64,000 nucleotides of DNA from Fidelibacterota bacterium (GTDB lineage: Bacteria; Fidelibacterota; Marinisomatia; Marinisomatales; Marinisomataceae): contig OZ243041.1 of NCBI GenBank assembly GCA_965212055.1, positions 672,001 through 736,000 of the forward strand. Reading direction: 5' to 3'. Position numbers and translations under genes: made by a program. The notes below the pieces were generated by a model. The model saw only the letters and a list, made by a program, of their open reading frames with translations. It was not told where the DNA came from and did no database searches. Each line of letters begins with the position of its first letter. Within the stretch, counting starts at the first letter, position 1. Below, piece after piece: positions 49,773 through 59,526 of this stretch.

Positions 49773-50372
49773 TTAACTTTTTTCACCAAGAGCAAAACGA
49801 ACGAAACGATTAATCGTAATATTCTCCCCAAGTTTAGCAATTGCTTCTTGAACAAGTTGACCAATTTTAACATCAGGGTCTTTGATAAAAGATTGGTTGA
49901 TCAAACAATTCTCTTCAACAAATTTTTCTATTTTGCCATCAACAATCTTTTTGACAACATTATCTGGTTTACCAGTCGATTTTGCCTGCTCTGTATAGAT
50001 ATCCTTTTCTTTATCAATAAGATCAGAAGAGAGATCTTCTTTACTAATAGCAATTGGGTTTGTTGCAGCAATTTGCATCGCAATATTATTTGCTAGATCT
50101 TCAAATCCTTCAGTTTTTGCAACAAAATCAGTTTCACAACCAATATCAAGTAACACACCAAGCTTACTACCATGATGAATATAGGATATAATTAAACCTT
50201 CATTAGCATCTCTTACAGATTTTTTTTCAGCTTTAGCAATACCAGCTTTACGGAGAAAGTCTACTGCTGAATCTAAATCGCCCTTTGATTCAACTAATGC
50301 TTTTTTACAATCCATCATTCCAGCACCAGTTCTTTCTCTCAAGTCTTTAACTAACTTGGCATCTACGCTCAT
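49773..50372 (-). CDS. tsf: Elongation factor Ts (short ~199-aa type)
   Basis: LRERTGAGMMDCKKAL, CETDFVAK, MQIAA; start moved to ATG 50372. Confidence 0.97.
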   Translation of the reverse strand: MSVDAKLVKDLRERTGAGMMDCKKALVESKGDLDSAVDFLRKAGIAKAEKKSVRDANEGLIISYIHHGSKLGVLLDIGCETDFVAKTEGFEDLANNIAMQIAATNPIAISKEDLSSDLIDKEKDIYTEQAKSTGKPDNVVKKIVDGKIEKFVEENCLINQSFIKDPDVKIGQLVQEAIAKLGENITINRFVRFALGEKS

Positions 50373-50373
50373 A

Positions 50374-51108
50374 TTAGTTCTTCTTTTCCTTTGATTCTTC
50401 TGATTTCTTTGAATCATCATCCTTAGATTTGCTATTAACAGTATTTACAATAGTATTTACAATCTCTGTCACTAAAAGTTGAATTGTTCTAATAGAATCA
50501 TCATTTGCTGGAATTGGATAATCACAAGTTGCAGGATCGGTATTTGAATCAACAATACATACTATAGGGATTTCAAGCTTTCTTGCTTCTTGAATCGCAA
50601 TGGATTCAGTCTTTCCATCTACGACAATAATAGCATTTGGTAATTTTTTCATATCTTTGATACCACGATGTTGATCAGAAAGTTTTATTTTTTCACGATT
50701 TAATTTTAATAGTTCTTTTTTTGTTAAATCTTCATAGAGATTAGAACCTTCTTTCTCTAACGATTGAAGTCTTTTAATGCTTTTTTTAACAGTAGAAAAA
50801 TTTGTAAGGGTTCCGCCAAGCCATCGTTCTACAACATAAAACATACCACATCTATCTGCTTCTTGTTGTATTACATCTTTAGCATGCTTTTTAGTTCCTA
50901 CAAAAAGTACATCTCCATTTCTTTCCACTATATTTTGAACAAATAATAATGCTTTATTAAGGTTGTTAATAGTATCGTCCAGATTAATAATGTCTATACC
51001 ATTTTTCTGGGATAAAACATAATCTCGGAAATTAGGGTTTGTTTTGCTTGTTACGTGACCAAAGTGAGCACCAGATTTCAATAAATCGTCTTTTGTAACA
51101 GTAATCAT
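50374..51108 (-). CDS. rpsB: 30S ribosomal protein S2
   Basis: GAHFGH, FVGTK, RWLGGTLTN, DSNTDP, PANDDSIR; start moved to ATG 51108. Confidence 0.97.
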   Translation of the reverse strand: MITVTKDDLLKSGAHFGHVTSKTNPNFRDYVLSQKNGIDIINLDDTINNLNKALLFVQNIVERNGDVLFVGTKKHAKDVIQQEADRCGMFYVVERWLGGTLTNFSTVKKSIKRLQSLEKEGSNLYEDLTKKELLKLNREKIKLSDQHRGIKDMKKLPNAIIVVDGKTESIAIQEARKLEIPIVCIVDSNTDPATCDYPIPANDDSIRTIQLLVTEIVNTIVNTVNSKSKDDDSKKSEESKEKKN

Positions 51109-51112
51109 ATAG

Positions 51113-51508
51113 TTATCTTTTTGAGAATTGGAATTTCTTCCTTGCTCCAGGTTGACCATATTTTTTTCTTTCCACTTCTCTAGCGTCTCTCGTTAATAAA
51201 CCATGAGTTTTTAATTGACTTCTTAGTTTGTCATCTGACTTCAAGAGAGCTCTTGCAACTCCCAGTTGAATTGCACCAGCTTGACCAGTTAATCCACCAC
51301 CAGAAACATTAATTTTTAAATCATATTTATCTTGAAGGTTTAAAATTGCAAGAGGTTTCATTGCATGAATTACTAACGATTCCCTTTTTAAATACGAATT
51401 AAGATCAAGTTTACTATTTACAACAAAATTTCCTGATCCGCTGGATAGGTAGACTCTTGCAGTTGAATTTTTTCTTCTACCAATACCGCTAAAAGGTTCA
51501 TTTTTCAT
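51113..51508 (-). CDS. rpsI: 30S ribosomal protein S9
   Basis: GRRKNSTARV, GGGLTGQAGA, LTRDAREVERKKYG..GARKKFQFSKR; start 51508 (TAATG overlap). Confidence 0.98.
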   Translation of the reverse strand: MKNEPFSGIGRRKNSTARVYLSSGSGNFVVNSKLDLNSYLKRESLVIHAMKPLAILNLQDKYDLKINVSGGGLTGQAGAIQLGVARALLKSDDKLRSQLKTHGLLTRDAREVERKKYGQPGARKKFQFSKR

Positions 51509-51939
51509 TAAGCATCGCTCCATTCTACTGGATTTTGGGCACCCTGATTATGAATTGCACCTTTATATACCCTAAGATGGGTCATGATTTCTCTTCCTAA
51601 TTTATTTTTAGGCAACATTCCTTTAACAGCATTAATAATTACTCTATCAGAATCATTTCTTATTAAATCACTATAATTAGTCATTTTGGCTCCACCTGGA
51701 TAACCAGAATGTGTAAAATATTGTTTTGAATCAGCTTTATTACCAGTTACTCTTATTTTATCTGAATTTACTATCACAACAGAGTCTCCCATATATAAAT
51801 TGGGAGCATAATTTGGGCGATGCTTACCTCTAAGTATCTGAGCTACTTTAGACGCAAATCTCCCTAATACCTGATTATCGGCATCTAGCAACCACCATTT
51901 GTGCTCTATTTTTTTAGCTGATATCGTGCTTGTTTTCAT
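51508..51939 (-). CDS. rplM: 50S ribosomal protein L13
   Basis: DA..QVLGR, LRGKH, GD.VVIVN, HSGYPGG, AVKGMLPKN.LGR. Confidence 0.98.
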   Translation of the reverse strand: MKTSTISAKKIEHKWWLLDADNQVLGRFASKVAQILRGKHRPNYAPNLYMGDSVVIVNSDKIRVTGNKADSKQYFTHSGYPGGAKMTNYSDLIRNDSDRVIINAVKGMLPKNKLGREIMTHLRVYKGAIHNQGAQNPVEWSDA

Positions 51940-51959
51940 AAAGTATTAAAAACGAAATG

Positions 51960-51988
51960 AACTTAATTGATGTCATTCCATTAGTCAA
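51960..51988 (-). promoter_or_regulatory. Putative rplM operon promoter
   Basis: Minus strand TTGACT-17 nt-TAAGTT, about 20 nt upstream of the rplM ATG. Confidence 0.6.
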
Positions 51989-52006
51989 TAACAATGATTA
52001 GTAAGT

Positions 52007-53302
52007 TTATAGACTAGAAAATGAATTCTTTGAGAACACATATTTGATTTTACCAACCAATTCATGGCCAATAAAAGGTGAATTTGAAGATTTAGAATAA
52101 ATATCATCTCCTGAGAATGTCCATTTCTCATTTGGATTGAAAACTGTAATCTGAGCTTTTTCACCAATTGCAAATAAATCTGTACTAATGTTCATCACTT
52201 TTCTTGGATTCACTGTTAATTTCTCAATCAACGATTTTAGACTCATGCCATTTTCTTTGACTAAAACCTTATTAACAACTCCAAGACAACTTTCTAAACC
52301 AATCATTCCAAATTCTGCATCATTAAACGTTGTTTCTTTATCTTCCATCGTATGAGGAGCATGATCAGTTGCAATACAATCAATAGTGCCGCTCTTAATG
52401 CCATCAATTAATTTCTTTCTATCATTTTTAGATCTAATTGGAGGACCAACTTTAAGGTTGGTATCAAATCCAATGATATCATCATCACAGAAATACAAAT
52501 GATGGGGTGAAACTTCTGAACTGATTAGTTTGTTTTTAGATTTAAATAACTTAATTAATTCAACTGATTCTTTTGTAGAAACATGTGGAATATGTAATCT
52601 AGCATTCAGAGATGATGCTAATGCAAGATCTCTATATATCATAACTGATTCAGCTAAATTAGGATTACCTTTAAGTCCCAAATTCTCTGAATTTGGTCCT
52701 GCATTCATAACTCCTTCATTTCTTAAATAAATATCCTCTGCATGATTAATAATGGGAAGATCAATCATTTTTGCATATTGTAACGCTAATGCCATGAACT
52801 GTGCATTTTGGATTGGAATTCCATCGTCACTAAACGCAATAGCACCATTTTCTTTCATTAAAATCATTTCGGTTAATTCTTTACCCTCTTGACCTTTAGA
52901 AACAGCACCAATAGGGAAAATATCGATTGGGAGATGACTGCTCTTACCACAAATATAATAAATATGCTCTGCTGAATCGATTGAAGGATTAGTATTCGGC
53001 ATTGTACAAACTTGGGTAAAACCACCCGCTAGTGCAGCAATAGATCCAGATTCAAGGTTTTCTTTATCCTCTCTACCAGGTTCTCTAAAATGGACATGGA
53101 TATCACAAAAACCATGTGTTACTACCAAACCTTTACAATCAATTTTTAAAGTATCTTTATCTCTAGATGGAATAGTTTTTTTGATTGAAGCTATATTGCC
53201 ATTTTCAATTAATATATCACCAACAAATGTTTTCTTTGAAAACGGATCAATAATTCTTCCACTTTTTAGTAATATTTTTTTAGGTTGTTTTTTAGTAATC
53301 AT
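52007..53302 (-). CDS. pyrC: Dihydroorotase (long type)
   Basis: DIHVHFREPG, MPNTNP, HAED, HVST, PHHL, KVGPPIR, ATDHAPH. Confidence 0.95.
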   Translation of the reverse strand: MITKKQPKKILLKSGRIIDPFSKKTFVGDILIENGNIASIKKTIPSRDKDTLKIDCKGLVVTHGFCDIHVHFREPGREDKENLESGSIAALAGGFTQVCTMPNTNPSIDSAEHIYYICGKSSHLPIDIFPIGAVSKGQEGKELTEMILMKENGAIAFSDDGIPIQNAQFMALALQYAKMIDLPIINHAEDIYLRNEGVMNAGPNSENLGLKGNPNLAESVMIYRDLALASSLNARLHIPHVSTKESVELIKLFKSKNKLISSEVSPHHLYFCDDDIIGFDTNLKVGPPIRSKNDRKKLIDGIKSGTIDCIATDHAPHTMEDKETTFNDAEFGMIGLESCLGVVNKVLVKENGMSLKSLIEKLTVNPRKVMNISTDLFAIGEKAQITVFNPNEKWTFSGDDIYSKSSNSPFIGHELVGKIKYVFSKNSFSSL

Positions 53303-54228
53303 AATCTTTCCGATTTATCACCTAATAATAGATAAAGGATAGACATTCTTGAGGCAACTCCATTGAGAACCTGATCTAAAATAACAGCATTCTCAGAATC
53401 AGCAATTGTACTATCAATTTCGATTCCTCTATTCATCGGACCTGGATGCATAATAGTAATATCTTTCTTTAATTTGTCTACTCTTTTATAGGTTAATCCA
53501 AATGATCTATGGTACTCTCGCTGTGATGGAATCCTTCCCAAATGCATTCTTTCAAGCTGTATACGAAGAACAATGACAGCATCACACCAATTTAAGACTT
53601 CGTCTACATTATGAGTAACATTAATACCTAATCTTGTAGCATCATTTGGGAGCAATGTACTAGGACCACAAACTACAATCTCAGCACCCAATTTTTTCAG
53701 TCCAAAAATATTGCTTCGTGCTACTCTGCTATTCAATATATCCCCAATAATTCCAATTTTTAAATTTTTAATCTTTCCAAACTTTTCTTTAAGAGTTACC
53801 ATGTCCAAAATGGCTTGTGTAGGATGTTCATGAGATCCATCTCCAGCATTAATAACTGAACCATCGATATATTCAGTTAATTTTAAAGCTGCGCCTGGAT
53901 GAGAATGTCTTATTATTGCTCCATCAATCTGCATTGATGCAATATTTTGCACTGTATCTTTTAACGTTTCTCCTTTTTTGACACTACTCGTAGATGCTGA
54001 AAAATTAATACTATCTGCACCTAATCTCTTTTCAGCCAGAGTAAAACTGATCTTTGTTCTTGTGGAATTCTCAAAGAACATATTGACCAAAGTTTTCCCT
54101 TTCAAAAGATTAATTTTTCTTCCAGGAGAATCAAGGATTTGTTTGAATTTAAATGAAGTATCGATGATCTTATTCAAATCAGAAATTGGAAAATCTTCTA
54201 AACCAATAAGATGTTTGCTTTTTAGCAT
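53299..54228 (-). CDS. pyrB: Aspartate carbamoyltransferase catalytic subunit
   Basis: FFENSTRT, KGETL, NAGDGSHEHPTQA, SRVARS, RIQLER, HPGPMNRG; ATG 54228 follows GGAGG. Confidence 0.97.
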   Translation of the reverse strand: MLKSKHLIGLEDFPISDLNKIIDTSFKFKQILDSPGRKINLLKGKTLVNMFFENSTRTKISFTLAEKRLGADSINFSASTSSVKKGETLKDTVQNIASMQIDGAIIRHSHPGAALKLTEYIDGSVINAGDGSHEHPTQAILDMVTLKEKFGKIKNLKIGIIGDILNSRVARSNIFGLKKLGAEIVVCGPSTLLPNDATRLGINVTHNVDEVLNWCDAVIVLRIQLERMHLGRIPSQREYHRSFGLTYKRVDKLKKDITIMHPGPMNRGIEIDSTIADSENAVILDQVLNGVASRMSILYLLLGDKSERL

Positions 54229-54255
54229 TATTAAATCCTCCAAATTCCGCGCAAA

Positions 54256-55167
54256 TTAGTAGATTTGAGCTACTTTGTCAACTATATCATTGGAATTTGC
54301 ATTGTCGGCATTAATTATTAAATCAAAATCTTGTATATCGAACCATTTTAGCTGCCTTTTTGCATATTGTCGTGTTCTTATAACAATTTTTTCGACTGCT
54401 TCATCTAAACTAATCTCACTATTTAGATAGGATACAATTTCATCAAAACCTATATAATCTAAATGCTCAATATTATAATTATTATCTAACACACTTTTTA
54501 CCTCTTCTATTAATCCATTTTCAACCATAAAGAGTGTTCTTTTTAATATTCTTTCATGAAGAGTTTTTCGAGACATTTTTAGATAAATAGTAAAAAATTT
54601 ATTATAAAATTCACTTTTTTTATTATTGAGAGAAAAATTCTCAGTCATACTTTTACCAGTAAGCTCATAAAGCTCTAATGCTCTAATTAATCTCTTTTTA
54701 TTATTAATATGAACTTTTAGAGCATAATCAGGATCAATTAATTGAAGCTTATTGTAAAGTTCTTCTTTATTGTTATCATATTCTTTATCTAATCTATTTC
54801 TAATATCTAGATTAGTCTCACTTCCTGAAAAAATACCTTCAAATAATGTCTTAAAATATAAACCAGTACCTCCACATAGAATTGCTGTTTTATTTTTATC
54901 TAAAATCAGTTGAATTTTTTTATCAACAAGCTTTGCATATTCTCCTGCAGAAATAGTCTCACCTAGTTCTTTGACAGCAATTAAATGATGAGGAATAGTT
55001 TTCAATTGATTTTTTGATGGTTGCGCTGTACCAATTGGAATTGATTTATATATTTGTCTAGAATCAACACCAATAATCTCTCCATTGAATCTTTCTGCTA
55101 ATTGAATTGAAGCATCTGTTTTACCAGAAGCAGTGGGACCGGCTATAGTTAATATTTTTTCCAACAC
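54256..55167 (-). CDS. miaA: tRNA (adenosine(37)-N6)-dimethylallyltransferase
   Basis: GPTASGKT, DSRQIY, IGTAQP, PHHL, GGTGLY, TRQYAKRQ; likely GTG 55167 or TTG 55164 start. Confidence 0.96.
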   Translation of the reverse strand: MLEKILTIAGPTASGKTDASIQLAERFNGEIIGVDSRQIYKSIPIGTAQPSKNQLKTIPHHLIAVKELGETISAGEYAKLVDKKIQLILDKNKTAILCGGTGLYFKTLFEGIFSGSETNLDIRNRLDKEYDNNKEELYNKLQLIDPDYALKVHINNKKRLIRALELYELTGKSMTENFSLNNKKSEFYNKFFTIYLKMSRKTLHERILKRTLFMVENGLIEEVKSVLDNNYNIEHLDYIGFDEIVSYLNSEISLDEAVEKIVIRTRQYAKRQLKWFDIQDFDLIINADNANSNDIVDKVAQIY

Positions 55168-55772
55168 TAACCAATCAATAAAGAAAGAATCAATTCTATG
55201 GGAACGCCTATAATCGACCAAATTATCGGAATACCAGTTAAAATTTGGATAAATATCAAACCTAGTAACACTCTTGGACCATAATACTCTATCTGATACA
55301 AAGTACGAGGATCTCTTATAAACAATGGGAGAATTCTTGAACCATCGAGTGGAGCAATTGGAATCATATTAAATAGTGCTAAAACAACATTAATGTATAT
55401 AAAAACATATAAACCTTCAGAAAATTGATTATTCATAGAAACATTATTATATAAAAGTGATCCAAGTATGGCTAATATAATATTGGAGGCAGGACCTGCA
55501 ATGGCAACAAGCATCATATCCTGTCTCGGATTTGAAAAATTAGCCATATTAACTGGTACTGGTTTGGCCCATCCAAATCCAACAAAATATAGTACAAGAA
55601 ATCCAATAGGATCTAAATGATTAAATGGATTCAAATTCATTCTATTCTGATAATATGCAGTATTATCTCCAAGATAATATGCTATTCTTGCATGTGCATA
55701 TTCATGAACTGTTAGAGCAAAGAAAATGCATGGTAATAATATTAGCTGTAATTGTATTGGTAGGGTAACCAT
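55167..55772 (-). CDS. Site-2 protease (M50) family protein
   Basis: HEYAH, NPFNHLDP, GWAKPVP, AGPASN, FNMIPIAPLDG. Confidence 0.94.
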   Translation of the reverse strand: MVTLPIQLQLILLPCIFFALTVHEYAHARIAYYLGDNTAYYQNRMNLNPFNHLDPIGFLVLYFVGFGWAKPVPVNMANFSNPRQDMMLVAIAGPASNIILAILGSLLYNNVSMNNQFSEGLYVFIYINVVLALFNMIPIAPLDGSRILPLFIRDPRTLYQIEYYGPRVLLGLIFIQILTGIPIIWSIIGVPIELILSLLIG

Positions 55773-55785
55773 AGCTAAAAAATAG

Positions 55786-56688
55786 TTAATTCTTATCTTT
55801 TTGAAAAGCTTTCATATATTCACTTTCTACAAATTCTCTTGATAAATGAGTATATATTTCTGTTGTAGAAATATCAGCATGGCCTAATAGAGCTTGCACT
55901 TCAATAAGATTAGCTCCACCATCAATCAAATGCGTAGCAAATGAATGTCTAAATGTATGAGGTGAAATCTTTTTTAAGATACCTGCTGAGTTAACATATT
56001 TCTTAACAGATAACCAAATAGCCATTCGTGTTAAAGAAAGACCATTATTACTTAGAAAAACATAGTTTGAACTTCTTTTTGATCTTGAAGATAGAATTTT
56101 TCTTGATTCGCTTAAATATTTTTTAAGCCATTTTCTCGCATAATATGTTAGAGGTATAATCCTTTCTTTACTTCCCTTTCCAAAAAAACGTATTAAATCC
56201 AGATCAAACTGAATATTATTAATTTTTAATTCACATACTTCACTTACCCTCAACCCTGAAGAGTATAACATTTCTAATATACACCTATCTCTAAGAGATA
56301 AAATTTCATTTTTAGAACTTTCAGCTGCTAAAAAGATATTATTTATTTCCTCAATGGTTAAAATTTCTGGTAATATCTTGGGAATTTTTGGAGTAAAAAC
56401 ACCATTCAGAGGATTATTTTTGATAATTCTTCTATCCAGTAAAAAATTGAAATAAGAAGAAAGGGAAGAGAATTTTCTTTTTATTGTCCTTGGAGAAAAT
56501 TTCTTTTTAGATAAATCCCTAAAAAATAACTTTGTGTGCTTATTATTTAGTTTTTTAAAATCAATTCCATTTTTCTCCAAAAAATTATCAAAAGATTTTA
56601 AATCAGACAGATAAGAACTGATTGTATTATTAGAATAATTTCTTTCAATTTTTAATATTCGAGAAAAATCATCTAAATGAGATAACAT
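55786..56688 (-). CDS. xerD: Tyrosine recombinase XerD
   Basis: YSSGLRVSE, GKGSKER, HTFRHSFATHL, LLGHADISTTEIYTH; sits in a housekeeping operon. Confidence 0.85.
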   Translation of the reverse strand: MLSHLDDFSRILKIERNYSNNTISSYLSDLKSFDNFLEKNGIDFKKLNNKHTKLFFRDLSKKKFSPRTIKRKFSSLSSYFNFLLDRRIIKNNPLNGVFTPKIPKILPEILTIEEINNIFLAAESSKNEILSLRDRCILEMLYSSGLRVSEVCELKINNIQFDLDLIRFFGKGSKERIIPLTYYARKWLKKYLSESRKILSSRSKRSSNYVFLSNNGLSLTRMAIWLSVKKYVNSAGILKKISPHTFRHSFATHLIDGGANLIEVQALLGHADISTTEIYTHLSREFVESEYMKAFQKDKN

Positions 56689-56689
56689 T

Positions 56690-57067
56690 TTATGTAATTA
56701 GTTGATTATATTTTTTGGAATCAAGCAATTGACCTTTGGTAGCATTCTCATCTATTATTATTTTTACTATCCATCCCTCATCATAAGGATCTTCATTAAC
56801 TTTTTCTGGATTATCACTTAAGACACTATTGACTTCAGTAATTTTTCCATCTAAAGGCATATAAAGATCTGAAACAGTCTTCACTGCTTCAATCGTACCA
56901 AAAATATCTCCAGCATTAAAAACTGAATCCAAATCTGGGAGTTCTAGAAAGATTATATCTCCTAATTCACTTTGAGCAAAATCAGTGATTCCAATTATTG
57001 CTGTATCATTTTCAATTTTAATCCATTCATGTTCTGAAGTATAAAATAAATTTTCTGGAATATTCAA
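56690..57067 (-). CDS. gcvH: Glycine cleavage system H protein
   Basis: HEW, GITDFAQSELGDI, EAVKTVSD (lipoyl Lys), N.DPY..GW. Confidence 0.96.
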   Translation of the reverse strand: MNIPENLFYTSEHEWIKIENDTAIIGITDFAQSELGDIIFLELPDLDSVFNAGDIFGTIEAVKTVSDLYMPLDGKITEVNSVLSDNPEKVNEDPYDEGWIVKIIIDENATKGQLLDSKKYNQLIT

Positions 57068-57069
57068 CG

Positions 57070-58473
57070 CTACTCTCCCTTTATATTTTCTTTAAGCTCA
57101 GCAACTTTATCCAATAATTTTTTAGAACCATCTTGTTGTAAAAATTTATCTAAAAAATGTATATTAAAATTACCATTAATAAAGTCATTATTTAAAAATA
57201 TTTTTTCCAATAATGGTAGGGTAGTATTCGGTCCCTCAATTATCGTTTCTTTAATCGCTCTTCTCATTCTAATGATAGCCTTATCACGATTACTAGCATG
57301 AACAATTAATTTTCCAATCATAGAATCGTAGAATGGAGGAATCTCGTATCCTGCATATATATGAGAATCAATTCGAATACCAATGCCTCCTGGAAAATGA
57401 AGTGTTTCAATCTTGCCAGGAGAAGGATTAAAATTATTAAATGGGTCCTCAGCGTTAATTCTGCACTCTATTGCATGCCCTTTCATAGAAACCATATCTT
57501 GTTTAATCCGTAATTCGCCTCCATAATATAATCTAATTTGCTCTTTAACTAGATCTAACATTGTTACCATTTCTGTAACAGTATGTTCTACTTGAATTCT
57601 AGTATTCATTTCTATGAAATAATAATTTTTATTATCATCAACTAAAAATTCAATTGTACCTAATCCAACATATTTTACTGCTTTAGCTAAGTTAATAGCT
57701 TTTTCTCCCAGTGTTTTTCTTAAACTATCGTCTAAAAAAGAAGAAGGAGATTCTTCAATTAATTTTTGATTATTTCTTTGAATAGAACATTCGCGTTCGC
57801 CCAAATGAATATAATTTCCAAATTTATCTCCTACAATTTGAATTTCAATATGACGAGCATTCTTAATAAATTTTTCTACATATATTTCAGAATTGCTAAA
57901 TGCTTTGTCAGCTTCAGATTTAACTATAGAAAAAGATTGTTCAAGATCAGAGGCCCTTTCAACAATACGCATTCCTTTACCTCCCCCTCCCGATGCAGCT
58001 TTTAATAGTACTGGATAGCCAATCTGATTTGATATTTCAATTAACTCATTAACAGAACCAATGGCATTATCACTTCCACGTATGATAGGAATGTTTGTTT
58101 CTTTTGCAATATTTCTTGCATTAATCTTATCTCCCATCGACTCTATAACATCAGAATCTGGACCAATAAAAGAAAAATTATTTTCTTTGCATATAGCACT
58201 AAATTTTCCACTTTCTGCTAAAAAACCATATCCAGGATGTATTGCATCAGCATTACTAATTTCTCCTGCAGCAATAATTCTTGGAATATTTAAGTAACTT
58301 TTGAGAGGAGGACCTTCTCCTATACATATTGCTTCATCAGCAAATTTAACATGCAAAGAAAGTTCATCTGCTTTTGAATATACTGCAACAGTTTTGATAT
58401 TCATTTCTTTACATGCACGAATAATTCTTATAGCAATTTCACCTCTATTTGCAATCAGTATTTTCTTAAACAT
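57070..58473 (-). CDS. accC: Acetyl-CoA carboxylase biotin carboxylase
   Basis: ANRGEIA, HPGYGFLAE, GGGGKGMR, ERECSIQR, EMNTRIQVEH, ECRINAED, YDSMIGKL. Confidence 0.97.
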   Translation of the reverse strand: MFKKILIANRGEIAIRIIRACKEMNIKTVAVYSKADELSLHVKFADEAICIGEGPPLKSYLNIPRIIAAGEISNADAIHPGYGFLAESGKFSAICKENNFSFIGPDSDVIESMGDKINARNIAKETNIPIIRGSDNAIGSVNELIEISNQIGYPVLLKAASGGGGKGMRIVERASDLEQSFSIVKSEADKAFSNSEIYVEKFIKNARHIEIQIVGDKFGNYIHLGERECSIQRNNQKLIEESPSSFLDDSLRKTLGEKAINLAKAVKYVGLGTIEFLVDDNKNYYFIEMNTRIQVEHTVTEMVTMLDLVKEQIRLYYGGELRIKQDMVSMKGHAIECRINAEDPFNNFNPSPGKIETLHFPGGIGIRIDSHIYAGYEIPPFYDSMIGKLIVHASNRDKAIIRMRRAIKETIIEGPNTTLPLLEKIFLNNDFINGNFNIHFLDKFLQQDGSKKLLDKVAELKENIKGE

Positions 58474-58478
58474 AGATT

Positions 58479-58940
58479 TTATTCAGAACAATCAATTACA
58501 AAAAGAGGTTGATCAAATTCTATTGGATTACCATCTTCGATTAAAATTTCTTTAATTGTACCATTTTTTTCAGATTGAATTTCATTCATTATTTTCATTG
58601 CCTCAATTATACAAATAACATCACCTTCGTTAATTTTTGATCCAACATCCACAAATGGCTTTGCACCTGGCTCTGAAGCAGTATAGAAAGTACCTGGCAT
58701 TGGCGATCTTACTGTGACTAAGTTAGCAACAATAGCCTGAGTATCTTTCTTCTCTTCAATCTTGATTGAAGGTTCTTTCTCCTGGACAGTAGTTTCTTTA
58801 GACAGAGTATCAGGATCTGCATTAACAATTGGTGGATTTTTAGTAACTTTTATTTTGCGAAACCAAAAACGGACTTCGATTTCATTAATATTACTATTTT
58901 CTAAAATATAGATAACTTCTTTTAATCTGTCTTTCCACAT
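58479..58940 (-). CDS. accB: Biotin carboxyl carrier protein
   Basis: SPMPGTFY, IIEAMKIMNEI. Confidence 0.96.
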   Translation of the reverse strand: MWKDRLKEVIYILENSNINEIEVRFWFRKIKVTKNPPIVNADPDTLSKETTVQEKEPSIKIEEKKDTQAIVANLVTVRSPMPGTFYTASEPGAKPFVDVGSKINEGDVICIIEAMKIMNEIQSEKNGTIKEILIEDGNPIEFDQPLFVIDCSE

Positions 58941-58944
58941 ATTA

Positions 58945-59508
58945 TTAATTCTTTACTCGTTCAGAATAATTCCCAGATTTAGTATCAATTTTTAAAATAT
59001 CTCCTTCATTAATAAAAAGCGGTACTTGAATTTCAAGCCCTGTTTCCATTTTGGCTGATTTAGTTGCATTTGTTGCTGTATTTCCTCTTAACCCAGGATC
59101 TGTCTCAACTACTTTTAATTTAACTTTTGGAGGTAAGCTAATATTAATTACTTCATCTCCATCAAAAACAATTTCAATATTGTCACCTTCTTTGATATAA
59201 TAGTAATTATTATCAATCATGGACTCAGAAACTTGAATCTGATTAAAATTATCATTATCCATAAAAATATAACTACCTGAATCTTTATATAAGTATTGAA
59301 AATTTTTTGATGTAACTCTGATAAAGTCAAGTTTAACTCCTGAATTAAAAGTTTCATCGATTATCTTTCCGGTTTTAATATTTTTTAATTTAGTTCTTAC
59401 AAATGCAGGTCCTTTTCCAGGTTTTACATGTTGAAATTCTACGACTTTCATACGAGAATTTTTATGTAATATTATAGATCCATTTTTTATATCTGCAGTA
59501 GTACCCAT
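58945..59508 (-). CDS. efp: Elongation factor P
   Basis: HVKPGKGPAFVR, DPGLRGNTA, ETG..IQVPLFI. Confidence 0.97.
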   Translation of the reverse strand: MGTTADIKNGSIILHKNSRMKVVEFQHVKPGKGPAFVRTKLKNIKTGKIIDETFNSGVKLDFIRVTSKNFQYLYKDSGSYIFMDNDNFNQIQVSESMIDNNYYYIKEGDNIEIVFDGDEVINISLPPKVKLKVVETDPGLRGNTATNATKSAKMETGLEIQVPLFINEGDILKIDTKSGNYSERVKN

Positions 59509-59526
59509 ATGTAAAACTTAATTGCT

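Noticed and set aside
55786..56688. Tyrosine recombinase as a prophage or island integrase
   Set aside because: Length and motifs are XerD-like, it is coupled within a housekeeping operon, and there are no att repeats or cargo.
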